A stretch of DNA of 58,197 nucleotides from a virus (Duplodnaviria; Caudoviricetes), in the IMG/VR virus record IMGVR_UViG_3300024981_000262, positions 1 to 58,197 of that record. The stretch is one strand, 5' to 3'. The position numbers were made by a program, and so were the translations under genes. The notes below the pieces were generated by a model, which worked only from the letters and a program-made list of their open reading frames with translations, was not told the DNA's origin and did no database searches. Positions 47,964-56,975 of this stretch are shown in pieces. Every line of letters starts with the position of its first letter. Position 1 is the first letter of the stretch.

Positions 47964-48919
47964 GCCGCCCTCCTGCGTGCGCGCTCCGGAAGCGTTGCCA
48001 TCGCTGTTACGTACCCTGCTGTCGCAAAGAGAAGTGCGCCCGCTCCCGCAATTGCCATGAGCTTGTACCGATGGGCATAGAGATGGGCTTTGACGCTGCC
48101 CAGGCAGATAGAAACGGCATGTTCCTGGAGAATCTTGCCGATGTTCTCGCCCTGACCGAAGGGCTTCGGGAGCGCCCGCGTAAGAATATCCTTGCCGATC
48201 GCCTCGTAGTCGATCGCGGCGCCCACTGCCCCGTCGCTGAGTGTTTCACGCATTCCGACTTCCGTGCGGCTCAAGACGGGATAGGTCTCACTGCGGAGGA
48301 TGGGCTTTCGCTCGTTGTTCCACCCATCCCGCTGCATGACGATGTCGACGGGTACCCACCGGCGGGTGCCCGTGTCGTACCATTCGTTGTAGACATGGGT
48401 ATACTGGCGTGGGGGCCTGGTCTTTCTCCATGCGATGACCTTGAATCTGTTCGGAATCCCTGCCGCCGTCAGAAGTCCGGCGTAGGCGCACGTCAGGTCG
48501 TCACAGTCGCGGTACGGAAAGGGCGCGGTCTTCGTCAGCGTGTATACCGGCGCGTTCACATGCTCGATGTCATCCGGATCGGCGACATAGGGAAAGTTCC
48601 GGACCATGAATTGCCACAGGGCATACGCCGTCTCGCGGCTGGAGCCTTTTCGGTGCTTCGACGCGATCTCCTGAAGGTAGGCGTCAGAGGCGGCAGCGCG
48701 CGCAGTACCGGCGGCAGTGCCTTGGCGATGACGTCGTACGATGGAGCGAATCCTATCGTCTGCGGCATCGCGACGCGCGAGGTCCCGCATGATATGCAGT
48801 GTCCTGCGGACGCCTCCGTCGCCTGGCGGCAATTTCTCGCGTACCAGCGTTGCCGTGCGTCCATCGAGTAGAGTGACGGGCGTGCGTGAAACAATGCGGG
48901 ACGTAGGGGCCGTGATCAT
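47960..48919 (-). CDS. Transglutaminase-like (papain-fold) Cys enzyme with C-terminal TM; candidate maturation protease
   Basis: RDCDDL (Cys), THVYNE (His), WVPVD (Asp); ATGA overlap gives start 48919. Confidence 0.85.
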   Translation of the reverse strand: MITAPTSRIVSRTPVTLLDGRTATLVREKLPPGDGGVRRTLHIMRDLARRDAADDRIRSIVRRHRQGTAAGTARAAASDAYLQEIASKHRKGSSRETAYALWQFMVRNFPYVADPDDIEHVNAPVYTLTKTAPFPYRDCDDLTCAYAGLLTAAGIPNRFKVIAWRKTRPPRQYTHVYNEWYDTGTRRWVPVDIVMQRDGWNNERKPILRSETYPVLSRTEVGMRETLSDGAVGAAIDYEAIGKDILTRALPKPFGQGENIGKILQEHAVSICLGSVKAHLYAHRYKLMAIAGAGALLFATAGYVTAMATLPERARRRAA

Positions 48920-49749
48920 GCAGCAAGCCCCTTCGTCACGGCAACGCGGGCGACGTCGGGGCCGATCGTGCGTGCCGTTCTCTGCGACTCGCCGTAGGCG
49001 CGGTTCACGTCGAACTGCTTGATTTTGCCAGCAACGGCCCATCCAATGAGACCGAGTGCGCCGACGCCAATGACCGCAACGCCGATGCCTGCGACCTTGG
49101 CCGTTGTCGTCGCAGCACTGGCAAGCTCGCCTGGCGCGCTGAAGAGATTCGTAACGGCGGCACCGATACGGCCAAAGAAGGTTTCCTTCTCCAGCTCTGC
49201 TTTCTGCTCCTGTACCTTCCGCTGCTCGTCTTCCAGAGCCAGCATTGCCAGTGCGCCCGGTGTCGGATAGCGTTGTGCCGCCGGAAGCAGAAGCGACGGC
49301 TTCGACTTGCCATCGATCGTCGCATAGAACCAGTCACGGAGAATTGCCCTCGTCACCTCGACGCTGGCCCCAGGATACCGTGGCATGAGCGCCGTCGTCA
49401 CCTGCCCGTAGGTGTCTGCCGCTGCCGGAGTCGAAATGGTCACGGTCGTCAGGTGCGCGGCCGTGCCCGTACCGGAGAATCGTCGGTACTGGTCCATGAC
49501 GTCCTGTACCAACCCCTTGCTGTAGTATTCCGTCGGGAAGCCCGGCAGGCTTCCCCGGTTGTTTGTCGTGTTGCGGTTGTAGTTGCTGCGCACGTAGACG
49601 AGCTGAACGGCCTTCTCCAGCGTATCGGCATACGGCGGCGCAGAGCCGAACCGAAGGGTGAACGCCGTTTCCGGCAGGCCACTGAGATTCGTTTCTCCGC
49701 TGGGAGATGGGCCGAGGCAGTTGCCGAGGGATGATGCGTAGTAGCTCAC
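48916..49749 (-). CDS. Membrane-anchored hypothetical protein
   Basis: GTGA overlap start; TM VAGIGVAVIGVGALGLIGWAV. Confidence 0.7.
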   Translation of the reverse strand: MSYYASSLGNCLGPSPSGETNLSGLPETAFTLRFGSAPPYADTLEKAVQLVYVRSNYNRNTTNNRGSLPGFPTEYYSKGLVQDVMDQYRRFSGTGTAAHLTTVTISTPAAADTYGQVTTALMPRYPGASVEVTRAILRDWFYATIDGKSKPSLLLPAAQRYPTPGALAMLALEDEQRKVQEQKAELEKETFFGRIGAAVTNLFSAPGELASAATTTAKVAGIGVAVIGVGALGLIGWAVAGKIKQFDVNRAYGESQRTARTIGPDVARVAVTKGLAA

Positions 49750-50270
49750 CGCATGGCTCGGTACATGAGGAAGGTCACGATGGCGAGAGCGCAAATGATG
49801 AGGCCGCCGCCGATGCGGCGTGTAGGCGGGGCGTCCGCTCCTGCCTGCGTCTCGGTCCTGCGCGTGTCATGGGATGAATCATCCGACGGGCTGCCGCTCT
49901 CCGGCTGCGGCGCATTCTGTGTCGGTTTCTGCGCCGGTGGCTGTTCCTGCGTCTGCTCTGGAGCCAGGAACAGATCCGCGTACGGAGAGAATTCGGGGGC
50001 ATGACCGCCAGCAATGGCACCCGGCAACGCACTGATGGCGGCCGCAACGACAAGGGGATTGCGAAGAGCTTTCCGGGCAAGCTCCTGTTCGCCTGGGACG
50101 TCGCCCGATCTAAGGCCGTCAAGAAGACCGTTCAGAACCGGAAGCATGTCACTTCCCGTATGGCGATGCACCGCATATCCCAGGCGTTGGGATTCACGGG
50201 CATTGGCAAGGGCGGCAATGGTATTGGCCGTCCTACTTCCGACGCATTCTTCGGCGAGGTTCTGCGGCAT
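49746..50270 (-). CDS. Hypothetical protein with C-terminal TM
   Basis: IGGGLIICALAIVTFLMY; start uncertain (50270 or 50333). Confidence 0.6.
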   Translation of the reverse strand: MPQNLAEECVGSRTANTIAALANARESQRLGYAVHRHTGSDMLPVLNGLLDGLRSGDVPGEQELARKALRNPLVVAAAISALPGAIAGGHAPEFSPYADLFLAPEQTQEQPPAQKPTQNAPQPESGSPSDDSSHDTRRTETQAGADAPPTRRIGGGLIICALAIVTFLMYRAMR

Positions 50271-50484
50271 ATCCCGGCACGAGTGTGGCAAGCATCCGGT
50301 CGCGTCGCCGCTCTTCCTCCATGATCCGGTCACGCCTGCGTGTTGCGATGCGGACGCGATAGCAGCCCGAAAGCTGGGTTTCTATGGTAGGATCGAGTGG
50401 CGTCGCCATATACTCATGAGGGGTGGGAAAGAGAGCCGCCATACCGTCGTCCGCATAAGTCAATGCCCCACGGCGAGTTGTCAC
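50233..50484 (-). CDS. Hypothetical basic protein
   Basis: Co-oriented at the start of the late operon. Confidence 0.4.
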   Translation of the reverse strand: MTTRRGALTYADDGMAALFPTPHEYMATPLDPTIETQLSGCYRVRIATRRRDRIMEEERRRDRMLATLVPGYAAEPRRRMRRK

Positions 50485-50527
50485 CGTGGGGCAGAGGAAG
50501 ATAGAGGAAGTTCCTGTGCCTACAGGG

Positions 50528-50740
50528 CTACGGCAAGGTCAACCCGCCGTGGTCGTCCTTGGCCGAGTATGGGACATGCACAATGCCGCCCTTCCCTTTC
50601 TGGTGCGCGCGGAGAACAGAGTGTTCCATATGGTCGTAGCCGCTCGCATCGATCGGCGTGTGCCGAAGTAGTTGTTCCTCCGGTATTCCCTGGGAGGAAT
50701 CCTTGTCAGCTTTCTCCGTTGCAGCTCGCTTGCGTGCCAT
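50528..50740 (-). CDS. Hypothetical protein
   Basis: AGGA RBS before ATG. Confidence 0.45.
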   Translation of the reverse strand: MARKRAATEKADKDSSQGIPEEQLLRHTPIDASGYDHMEHSVLRAHQKGKGGIVHVPYSAKDDHGGLTLP

Positions 50741-50828
50741 TGTTCGTCCTGTCGGGATGGTTAGGGAATGCTTCCTACGGTTTCAATACGACTCTGGTAG
50801 CACGGTATTGTGGGGCCTGTAGGTCTGT

Positions 50829-51146
50829 TCACGCACGTCGCTTCTTCGCCACTTGTTTCTTCGCTCCGGGCTTCTTTCTCCCTTCCTTATCCTGCTTGTC
50901 GACCATGATCCATAGGTGATCGAGTATACTCGGATTGGAAGTGCAAGCTCGCTTCAGTACGCCCGATACCTCTGTGACGGCAGCCAGGGCGTCACTGGCC
51001 TTCTTGACTCTCTTCTCCCACGTACCCGACATCGTGTTCGTAAACGAGCCGCCGTCTACGTCCTTGAGAACGGCCGCAACGCGGTTGCGGACGTAGACAC
51101 TGGGAATGTCCCTGTCATATGATAATCGGATGATCACGTAATACAT
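50829..51146 (-). CDS. Hypothetical protein with Lys-rich tail
   Basis: ATG-started ORF, plausible small alpha/beta domain. Confidence 0.6.
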   Translation of the reverse strand: MYYVIIRLSYDRDIPSVYVRNRVAAVLKDVDGGSFTNTMSGTWEKRVKKASDALAAVTEVSGVLKRACTSNPSILDHLWIMVDKQDKEGRKKPGAKKQVAKKRRA

Positions 51147-51363
51147 GTACTACCCTGTACAAGGATGGAAGGAAATAGATCTCCAATAATGTGCGGAAGG
51201 TATAAGCATCCACATACTATTGGACCATGCCTATCATAGTGAAGTGTGGAATATTGATCTTCCACATGCGATTGACCATGTGTAATTGATCAATACCTAG
51301 TTACTATGTATGAAGGGCATACTACACCAATCTACTACCTAAAGGCCTATACATAGTCGGAGC

Positions 51364-51597
51364 CTACTTAGTGGCTACAATGAGTTTCCATCGGATAGCA
51401 CCCTGTTCGGGAGTATGCTGATGGTGATTCTCCGGCGGGAATCGATCGCTACCATTTGCATTGGATGCGATCTCATTGTCACAACCCTGGCATTGGTAAA
51501 TGCCAGAATACGGCACCTTCGTACCCGGCTTGTGAATAGCGTTGAACGCCTCGTGTTCCAACGTGCGAATGCAACCTTTGTTCTGTACGAATGCCAT
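51364..51597 (-). CDS. YjzC-like small protein
   Basis: HKPGTKVPYSGIYQCQGC...FPP...W; AGGAG RBS. Confidence 0.7.
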   Translation of the reverse strand: MAFVQNKGCIRTLEHEAFNAIHKPGTKVPYSGIYQCQGCDNEIASNANGSDRFPPENHHQHTPEQGAIRWKLIVATK

Positions 51598-51679
51598 TGT
51601 GTATCTCCTATGACCTTACTGTTGAACAATGAACTACACTATAACCACCCACTATTGGCTAATAGAATCCTGCCGTTCT

Positions 51680-52489
51680 TTACTTCGGACGGCGTTTCTC
51701 AATTTTGTCGATTAAGAAAAATGCCGCAAAGGCCGTCAGGATAACGCTTACAACGTGCTGAATCATAACGACCTGTCGAACTGTCGTATCCAGCGGGGTG
51801 ATATCTGACGTCGACATGCCAGACATCGCACCAAGACTGAAGTACAGGAAATCCCAGTAGCCAAGTCTTTCTGGAATTGCACCAAGGTCTGTACTGCTTG
51901 GATGCCGTGCTTCAGACAATTCAGCCTCCCGCTCATGAATCCTTTTGTCAAGTCCTTCCAGCGCGAACTGACGCAACTCACCTATCGTGCGATACTTCTT
52001 GAGACCTGCTTTTGACCAGGTTCTGATGGTCACCTTCGTTGAGTAGGTCTTTCCCTTGTCGTTGATGACAGTCACAAGAAGCTCGCCCGCATTAATAGCG
52101 CCTCGTATTCGTTGGAACTCACAATCAAGCGTCCCACGGCCAAATGTACGGTTCTCGATTCCCCAAGCGCATGTGCCACTTTTGTTGCGTAGTAGCCCTC
52201 CGATACGTTGACTATCATATTCAGTCGCAATCTTGTATCGTGTAAACTGTAGTAGCTTCAAGTCATAGAATGCTTCGAGAGTGTCAGATGCGAAGTCACG
52301 TTCGACCTGTTCTTTTGCTGCGATGGACTCGCGCTGCTTTTGAACGATCAGTGTACTGTTAACAACATAAAGTGACGGGTCGCCATCGTAGATATGCTGG
52401 TACCAGGCAGCGAACAACAGCGACACAACAAGGTAGGTAGTAACAAGCGTAATACCTTGTATCAATTTTCGAGGGACCGTATCTTCCAT
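51680..52489 (-). CDS. Two-TM potassium-channel-family (Ion_trans_2-like) protein with degenerate filter
   Basis: TM1 YLVVSLLFAAWY; pore helix DFLYFS; SGMSTSDITP in place of TTxGYGDIxP; TM2. Confidence 0.7.
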   Translation of the reverse strand: MEDTVPRKLIQGITLVTTYLVVSLLFAAWYQHIYDGDPSLYVVNSTLIVQKQRESIAAKEQVERDFASDTLEAFYDLKLLQFTRYKIATEYDSQRIGGLLRNKSGTCAWGIENRTFGRGTLDCEFQRIRGAINAGELLVTVINDKGKTYSTKVTIRTWSKAGLKKYRTIGELRQFALEGLDKRIHEREAELSEARHPSSTDLGAIPERLGYWDFLYFSLGAMSGMSTSDITPLDTTVRQVVMIQHVVSVILTAFAAFFLIDKIEKRRPK

Positions 52490-52505
52490 ATACAGCTATA
52501 GCCTT

Positions 52506-53324
52506 CTACTCGTCTCCCTTTGTCCTCTTGCTACTATCCTGTGCCTTCAACGTTTTGTTCGTGGCCTTCAACGCTTTCTTGACTTTGGGCAGTTCCGTCT
52601 GTACAGGCAGGTCTTCGGGGTTGCGGCCCGTTGATCTTTGGATCATTTCTCGGACGTCCCGGCCAACTTCTGTGTGCGCCTGTTCCAATCTTATCTGTCC
52701 TTCGATCTTCTCATTCCGAATCTTCTCTTCCGTTACTGTAGTACGAAAAAGATTTGCGGCCAACTCCGTCCGTCCCATGTGGTCAATCAAACGCTTGCTT
52801 TCTATCCCACGTTTCTTTGCTAGCTGATGGTTGTACATGTTGTACAATCCTTTGTAACCAGCATTGACAAACCTCGCGAAGTCGTTGACCCCGGCTTTAC
52901 GGGCAGTAGGAGCCAGAGACTTATTTGCTTCCCCAAGCTCATATCGAATTAGAATGCGTTCAATCTCATCAGGAGCTTCCAATGCCAAGAAGCTCTCTGT
53001 CATCTTGGCAAAGTATAGTTGGGCCTTTGCAACCTGTTGTAGTGAGGAATCAGCATTCATTACAGTCATGTAACAGGCTGTACGGCTCAACTTCCAATCC
53101 GTAGTGCCATCGCGATCATATGAGCGAAAATCCTCAGTCCACTCCATCCCCGCAGCCATGAATGCTTTGATTGCTTTGCTAACAACCTTCCTGAATTCAG
53201 CGTGATCAACACCAAGCATTACCATCAGGTCGCTACCCCACCAGTACGGCGCACCATTCTCCTGACGGAAGTCCTCAAAGTCGATGTGCTGCTGCCCCGA
53301 ATCGGGAACCTGGTCGGTAGACAT
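52506..53324 (-). CDS. dinD: DinD/BRO-N family protein
   Basis: NAGYKGLY, DHMGRTELAANLFR, AHTEVGRDVR, PEDLP. Confidence 0.85.
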   Translation of the reverse strand: MSTDQVPDSGQQHIDFEDFRQENGAPYWWGSDLMVMLGVDHAEFRKVVSKAIKAFMAAGMEWTEDFRSYDRDGTTDWKLSRTACYMTVMNADSSLQQVAKAQLYFAKMTESFLALEAPDEIERILIRYELGEANKSLAPTARKAGVNDFARFVNAGYKGLYNMYNHQLAKKRGIESKRLIDHMGRTELAANLFRTTVTEEKIRNEKIEGQIRLEQAHTEVGRDVREMIQRSTGRNPEDLPVQTELPKVKKALKATNKTLKAQDSSKRTKGDE

Positions 53325-53523
53325 GATAATATTCCTTTCAATGAGCGGAAACTTACCACATCACTTTGAATCTACCTTGCTCTGCCTAAGAACATCGCGG
53401 TTCCGTCAAGCCTTGGGAAGGTGCGCCCCAATCCTAAGCCCTTATGAATCAGAATGTTAAGATTTGCGAATGTGTGGCGCCGACAATTGTTCGCCCCCAA
53501 CAGTGCGGCTACACCTGGCTCTC

Positions 53524-53772
53524 CTATTCTGTCAGGTTCGACCTATCGTCTCGCCTATTCTTACTCTTTCGATACCAGACTAACAACGTCCAGTAGAACC
53601 GCTCAAAATCCGTCAAGGTAAAGCCTGTTTGTTGATGTTTTTGCCGCGCTAGTGACCATATCACCCGCGCAGCCGCCTTGATGGTCGGAGCCTTTCCTGC
53701 GTTGAGCAAGCGGTCTATTGACTCGACGCAGGCGTCTCGCAATCGTTCCGTAACAGGTGAAAGTCGTGCCAT
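53524..53772 (-). CDS. Hypothetical protein
   Basis: Short ORF near attR; ATG at 53772. Confidence 0.45.
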   Translation of the reverse strand: MARLSPVTERLRDACVESIDRLLNAGKAPTIKAAARVIWSLARQKHQQTGFTLTDFERFYWTLLVWYRKSKNRRDDRSNLTE

Positions 53773-53790
53773 GATAGTCGTGTTAGTATT

Positions 53791-53820
53791 GGTCAAATTG
53801 GGGTCAAATACGGATCAAAC
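53791..53820. repeat. Three direct repeats at 11-bp spacing (candidate Int arm/Xis sites)
   Basis: GGTCAAAT 53791, GGTCAAAT 53802, GATCAAAC 53813, about 100 bp from the att core. Confidence 0.55.
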
Positions 53821-53913
53821 GTCAGATCGAGGGGTCCACAGAATCGCGCCCTGATGCCCATCCATTGGCTCTGTGGCTTGGTTTCAAGGATTCTTGCCCA
53901 GCCCGAAGCATCA

Positions 53914-53958
53914 TGATTTGTAATCAGCAGGCCGCCAGTTCAAGTCTGGCAATCGGCT
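53914..53958 (+). other. attR-like 3' fragment of tRNA-Thr(UGU)
   Basis: TGA-TTTGTAA-TCAGC anticodon arm, AGGCC, GCCAG-TTCAAGT-CTGGC T-arm, AATCGGC-T; no 5' acceptor strand or D-arm upstream. Confidence 0.88.
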
Positions 53959-53967
53959 CAAAGCTAC

Positions 53968-53998
53968 AAGCCGTATCCCTGATGGGATACGGCTTTTT
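53968..53998 (+). terminator. Intrinsic terminator after the tRNA fragment
   Basis: AAGCCGTATCCC-TGAT-GGGATACGGCTT followed by TTT. Confidence 0.85.
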
Positions 53999-54220
53999 GC
54001 GTATCGGGGAGCATCCAGAGTCAGCAGATAGAATGGCTTAGATTGACATAAACCATACATAGAATAGCATAGACTTTCGTGCAGTTTCCGTGCAGAAATC
54101 AGCTAGCCATCTTTCCTTCCGCCCATACATTCTGTTGCTATCAACGCCTTTCCTGATACAAAAAACACCCAACAGATACGATCCGGTAGGTGCATGAATC
54201 TGACTACTACGTGCAACCAG

Positions 54221-54584
54221 CTATCCAGCTTTGTGAACCTTATCCTTGACCTCCTGTCCTTTTCTCTTTTCGACGTTGTCCAATGCTTTGGCCAGACGCT
54301 CGGCATTCGTATAGCTGTAACAATTGATTGTCGTCGTAGTATTCCTATGGCGTAGGAGTTGCTGCCGGGTATACATTTCGACGTCGGCTTGATGCAATCG
54401 ATCACAGAAAGTCCGTCTGAAGGTGTGGAAACCCCTTTTGACGTCCAAGCCTAAGAACTGCATTGCACGTTTCACAGTATTCAGCAAGCGCGACTGTGAG
54501 CTATAAGACCAACGAAACACATAGTCATTCCGATTCGCCTTGAGTGTTTTCCTTGCCCGCTTGTTCTTCATCAAGTATGCTTCT
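54221..54584 (-). pseudogene. C-terminal fragment of a sibling tyrosine integrase
   Basis: KRGFHTFRRTFCDRL..RQQLLRHRN..TINCYSYT vs RRGFHTFRKTFADQL..RQKLLRHRD..TVNSYSYT in 1-1458; cut off by the 54585 repeat. Confidence 0.88.
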
Positions 54585-54960
54585 TGCTGGCACGGTAACA
54601 AGTCCTTCACTCCTGTCATCATCCCTTTATTCACTGCGCATACACAAATAACGAGGGCGTTAAAACAGTAAAGGTTTTGCTAAGGTGAGCCACGGATCAT
54701 CTTCTCCTAGGTTTCCACTCGTGAAAACGAATCAACACCAGTCCGTAACGGACGAGCAGACGGGTTGCCACTTCATAAATTTGTTATCTGCAAGGGTGTC
54801 AGTATCCCTTACTCGTTCATTGAGTATAGGAGCGAATCGTGTATAGGTCAAAATTACTCGGGTTCCTAGGTGCTATCGTACTGCTGACGGCATCTTCAGG
54901 GGCTACGCCACAGGACGGCGACGCGGCCGTCCATATCGGGCCAATCCGGTGGACGAAGGA
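54585..54960 (+). repeat. 376-bp direct repeat copy A (upstream region plus first 122 nt of the gene)
   Basis: Appears identical to 56600-56975 (offset 2015). Confidence 0.92.
54671..54686 (+). promoter_or_regulatory. Conserved box AAGGTTTTGCTAAGGT (copy 3)
   Basis: Identical 16-mer. Confidence 0.7.
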
Positions 54961-56176
54961 CAGTATCGGTGCCTTCGCCGCACCTGATGCTGCAAATGTC
55001 CTATTCCTGGCTAACAAGCCAGATTCGGCCATCCTTGTCGTCGATCCAAACACGGGTGTTGAGCGGCAACGGCTTCGCGGATATGTCCAGGATCAATCAT
55101 CCTTCATGTGTAGCCCCGATGGTATGCTGTGTCTCATGGGAGGGGGAAGCATCGACGGACGCACGTTAACCTTGCTCTATAGCAGTGAAGGCCAGCTTCT
55201 GAGAGAATGGAATGAAAGCTCGGAAGCGTGGGCCATTTCTGCGAAGCTGCAACGTGCCTGCGTCCTGATGAAGGACGGAGATGTTGCCGGTTGCGCATTG
55301 CGCGATCTGACAACAGGAGAAACGATCAAGTGGCTCGATGGGTGGGAATATGTATGGTTCGACGAGTGGCACAACAGGCTGTACGTCGGTACTGGAAAGT
55401 GGGGCGGTGAGTTCGGCAACTGGACCGTCGAACTTGATGCTACGACTGGTCAGGAACTGAACAAGTGGAGGCTGGAAACGTACGGGCCAATGTGTCGCCT
55501 GAAAGATTCCGATACTCTCCTTGTTGTTGGGGAGGATATGCAGAAACCGGGCCTTAGGCTAGCAAAAGTAGTGGCTCTAAATATTGCAACAGGAGGACGG
55601 GGCCCCATTATTCAATGTCCTGCGGATGTCTCAGACAAGTGCAGTTGCTTTAAGATCAATATTTACCATTGGTCTCTGAATAGAGACGGTGGGAATGCGA
55701 TTCTACAACGTATTCGTGGACTCAATGATCGATCAGTCATTGCTCGACGATTCCATCATGGACAACTCGACAATGCCGAATGTTATCTTAATGATCAGCT
55801 AGCCTTGACGACGGGTGCTCCCTATGTTGCCGATGATGTTAATCAGAATCTATACTACCTACCTAATAGTTACTGGGGCAGCTTCATTTGCCGTGCGATT
55901 GGGCCTACGCTCCCGGTACCCGAGCCCGGTGCGCCGACATCTCTCATGATGGTTGTCGATGGCAGCACTCTCCGCATCACAACGCCTTCCGATGCCACGG
56001 GTGATGGTATTCTCTCCATCACCGATATCAGCGGAAGACTGATGCAGAGGTCCACCGTGGTATTGGGTGGCCGTCCGGTCTCCGTTTCGATTGCTGGCCT
56101 ACCGACCGGGAGCTATCTCTGTAGTCTGCAAGCAGGCTCCATATCAGCGACTGGTAAGTTCTCCGTCATCCAGTAG
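54839..56176 (+). CDS. Secreted beta-propeller-like protein with T9SS CTD (paralog A)
   Basis: AGGAG RBS plus GTG; signal peptide; CTD ITDISGRL...LPTGSYLC..GKFSVIQ. Confidence 0.85.
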   Translation: MYRSKLLGFLGAIVLLTASSGATPQDGDAAVHIGPIRWTKDSIGAFAAPDAANVLFLANKPDSAILVVDPNTGVERQRLRGYVQDQSSFMCSPDGMLCLMGGGSIDGRTLTLLYSSEGQLLREWNESSEAWAISAKLQRACVLMKDGDVAGCALRDLTTGETIKWLDGWEYVWFDEWHNRLYVGTGKWGGEFGNWTVELDATTGQELNKWRLETYGPMCRLKDSDTLLVVGEDMQKPGLRLAKVVALNIATGGRGPIIQCPADVSDKCSCFKINIYHWSLNRDGGNAILQRIRGLNDRSVIARRFHHGQLDNAECYLNDQLALTTGAPYVADDVNQNLYYLPNSYWGSFICRAIGPTLPVPEPGAPTSLMMVVDGSTLRITTPSDATGDGILSITDISGRLMQRSTVVLGGRPVSVSIAGLPTGSYLCSLQAGSISATGKFSVIQ

Positions 56177-56387
56177 TAGCCCCTCACGTGCGCCACGCGT
56201 TCTCCCGATGGAAGAGCACTGAACTACAATCCGATCTGCCACAATCCACACAACTGAACTTATGAGAAGCTACAAATGAAGAGAAAGGGCACGAATAGGC
56301 ATTTTCTCTTCACTTTGGTGCGTTTCTTGTAAGACCTAGCTGCAGTATATACTCAAACGAGCCTATACGGGCATCGCCGGAATACGC

Positions 56388-56599
56388 ATGGACATGAGTC
56401 AGCGCCATGAACATTTCGACGACGAGCTGTTCGCCTACGAATGGCTCGACGCCTCCAAGACACTACCCCTACCCCGCTATCTCCTTTCACCCCGTGCGGA
56501 CCAACAACACGACATCGGAACCTCACCCGCACGGGGCGGAAAAGGGACGTGTCCGTGCGATCGGCAAACTCCTGCTCCCGTCGTCCTCGCGTGCGCATC
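56388..56599 (+). pseudogene. Remnant homolog of 9464-9687, running into repeat copy B
   Basis: GACATCGGAACCTCACCCG (56511) vs GACATCGGAACCTCGCCCG (9583); shared FD..F..EWL..TLP.P. Confidence 0.5.
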
Positions 56600-56975
56600 T
56601 GCTGGCACGGTAACAAGTCCTTCACTCCTGTCATCATCCCTTTATTCACTGCGCATACACAAATAACGAGGGCGTTAAAACAGTAAAGGTTTTGCTAAGG
56701 TGAGCCACGGATCATCTTCTCCTAGGTTTCCACTCGTGAAAACGAATCAACACCAGTCCGTAACGGACGAGCAGACGGGTTGCCACTTCATAAATTTGTT
56801 ATCTGCAAGGGTGTCAGTATCCCTTACTCGTTCATTGAGTATAGGAGCGAATCGTGTATAGGTCAAAATTACTCGGGTTCCTAGGTGCTATCGTACTGCT
56901 GACGGCATCTTCAGGGGCTACGCCACAGGACGGCGACGCGGCCGTCCATATCGGGCCAATCCGGTGGACGAAGGA
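56600..56975 (+). repeat. 376-bp direct repeat copy B
   Basis: Appears identical to 54585-54960. Confidence 0.92.
56686..56701 (+). promoter_or_regulatory. Conserved box AAGGTTTTGCTAAGGT (copy 4)
   Basis: Identical 16-mer, within repeat B. Confidence 0.7.

Larger units (their letters stand above)
1..53958. mobile_element. Integrated provirus-like element at tRNA-Thr(UGU); left end/attL lies outside the window; probable tailless membrane-containing virus
   Basis: Integrase at one end and tRNA 3' fragment at the other; repressor, xis and replication genes; lysozyme, fibre and a long co-oriented late operon with ATGA/TGATG gene overlaps. Confidence 0.85.

Noticed and set aside
21558-50740. Tailed phage (Caudoviricetes) morphogenesis module or conjugative ICE
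   Set aside because: No recognisable terminase, portal, HK97 capsid, tail, relaxase, VirB4 or VirD4 motifs; absence judged by eye only
53880-53960. Intact tRNA-Thr gene
   Set aside because: No GCCGATT 5' acceptor strand or D-arm upstream, and the anticodon stem pairs for only 3 bp; treated as an att fragment
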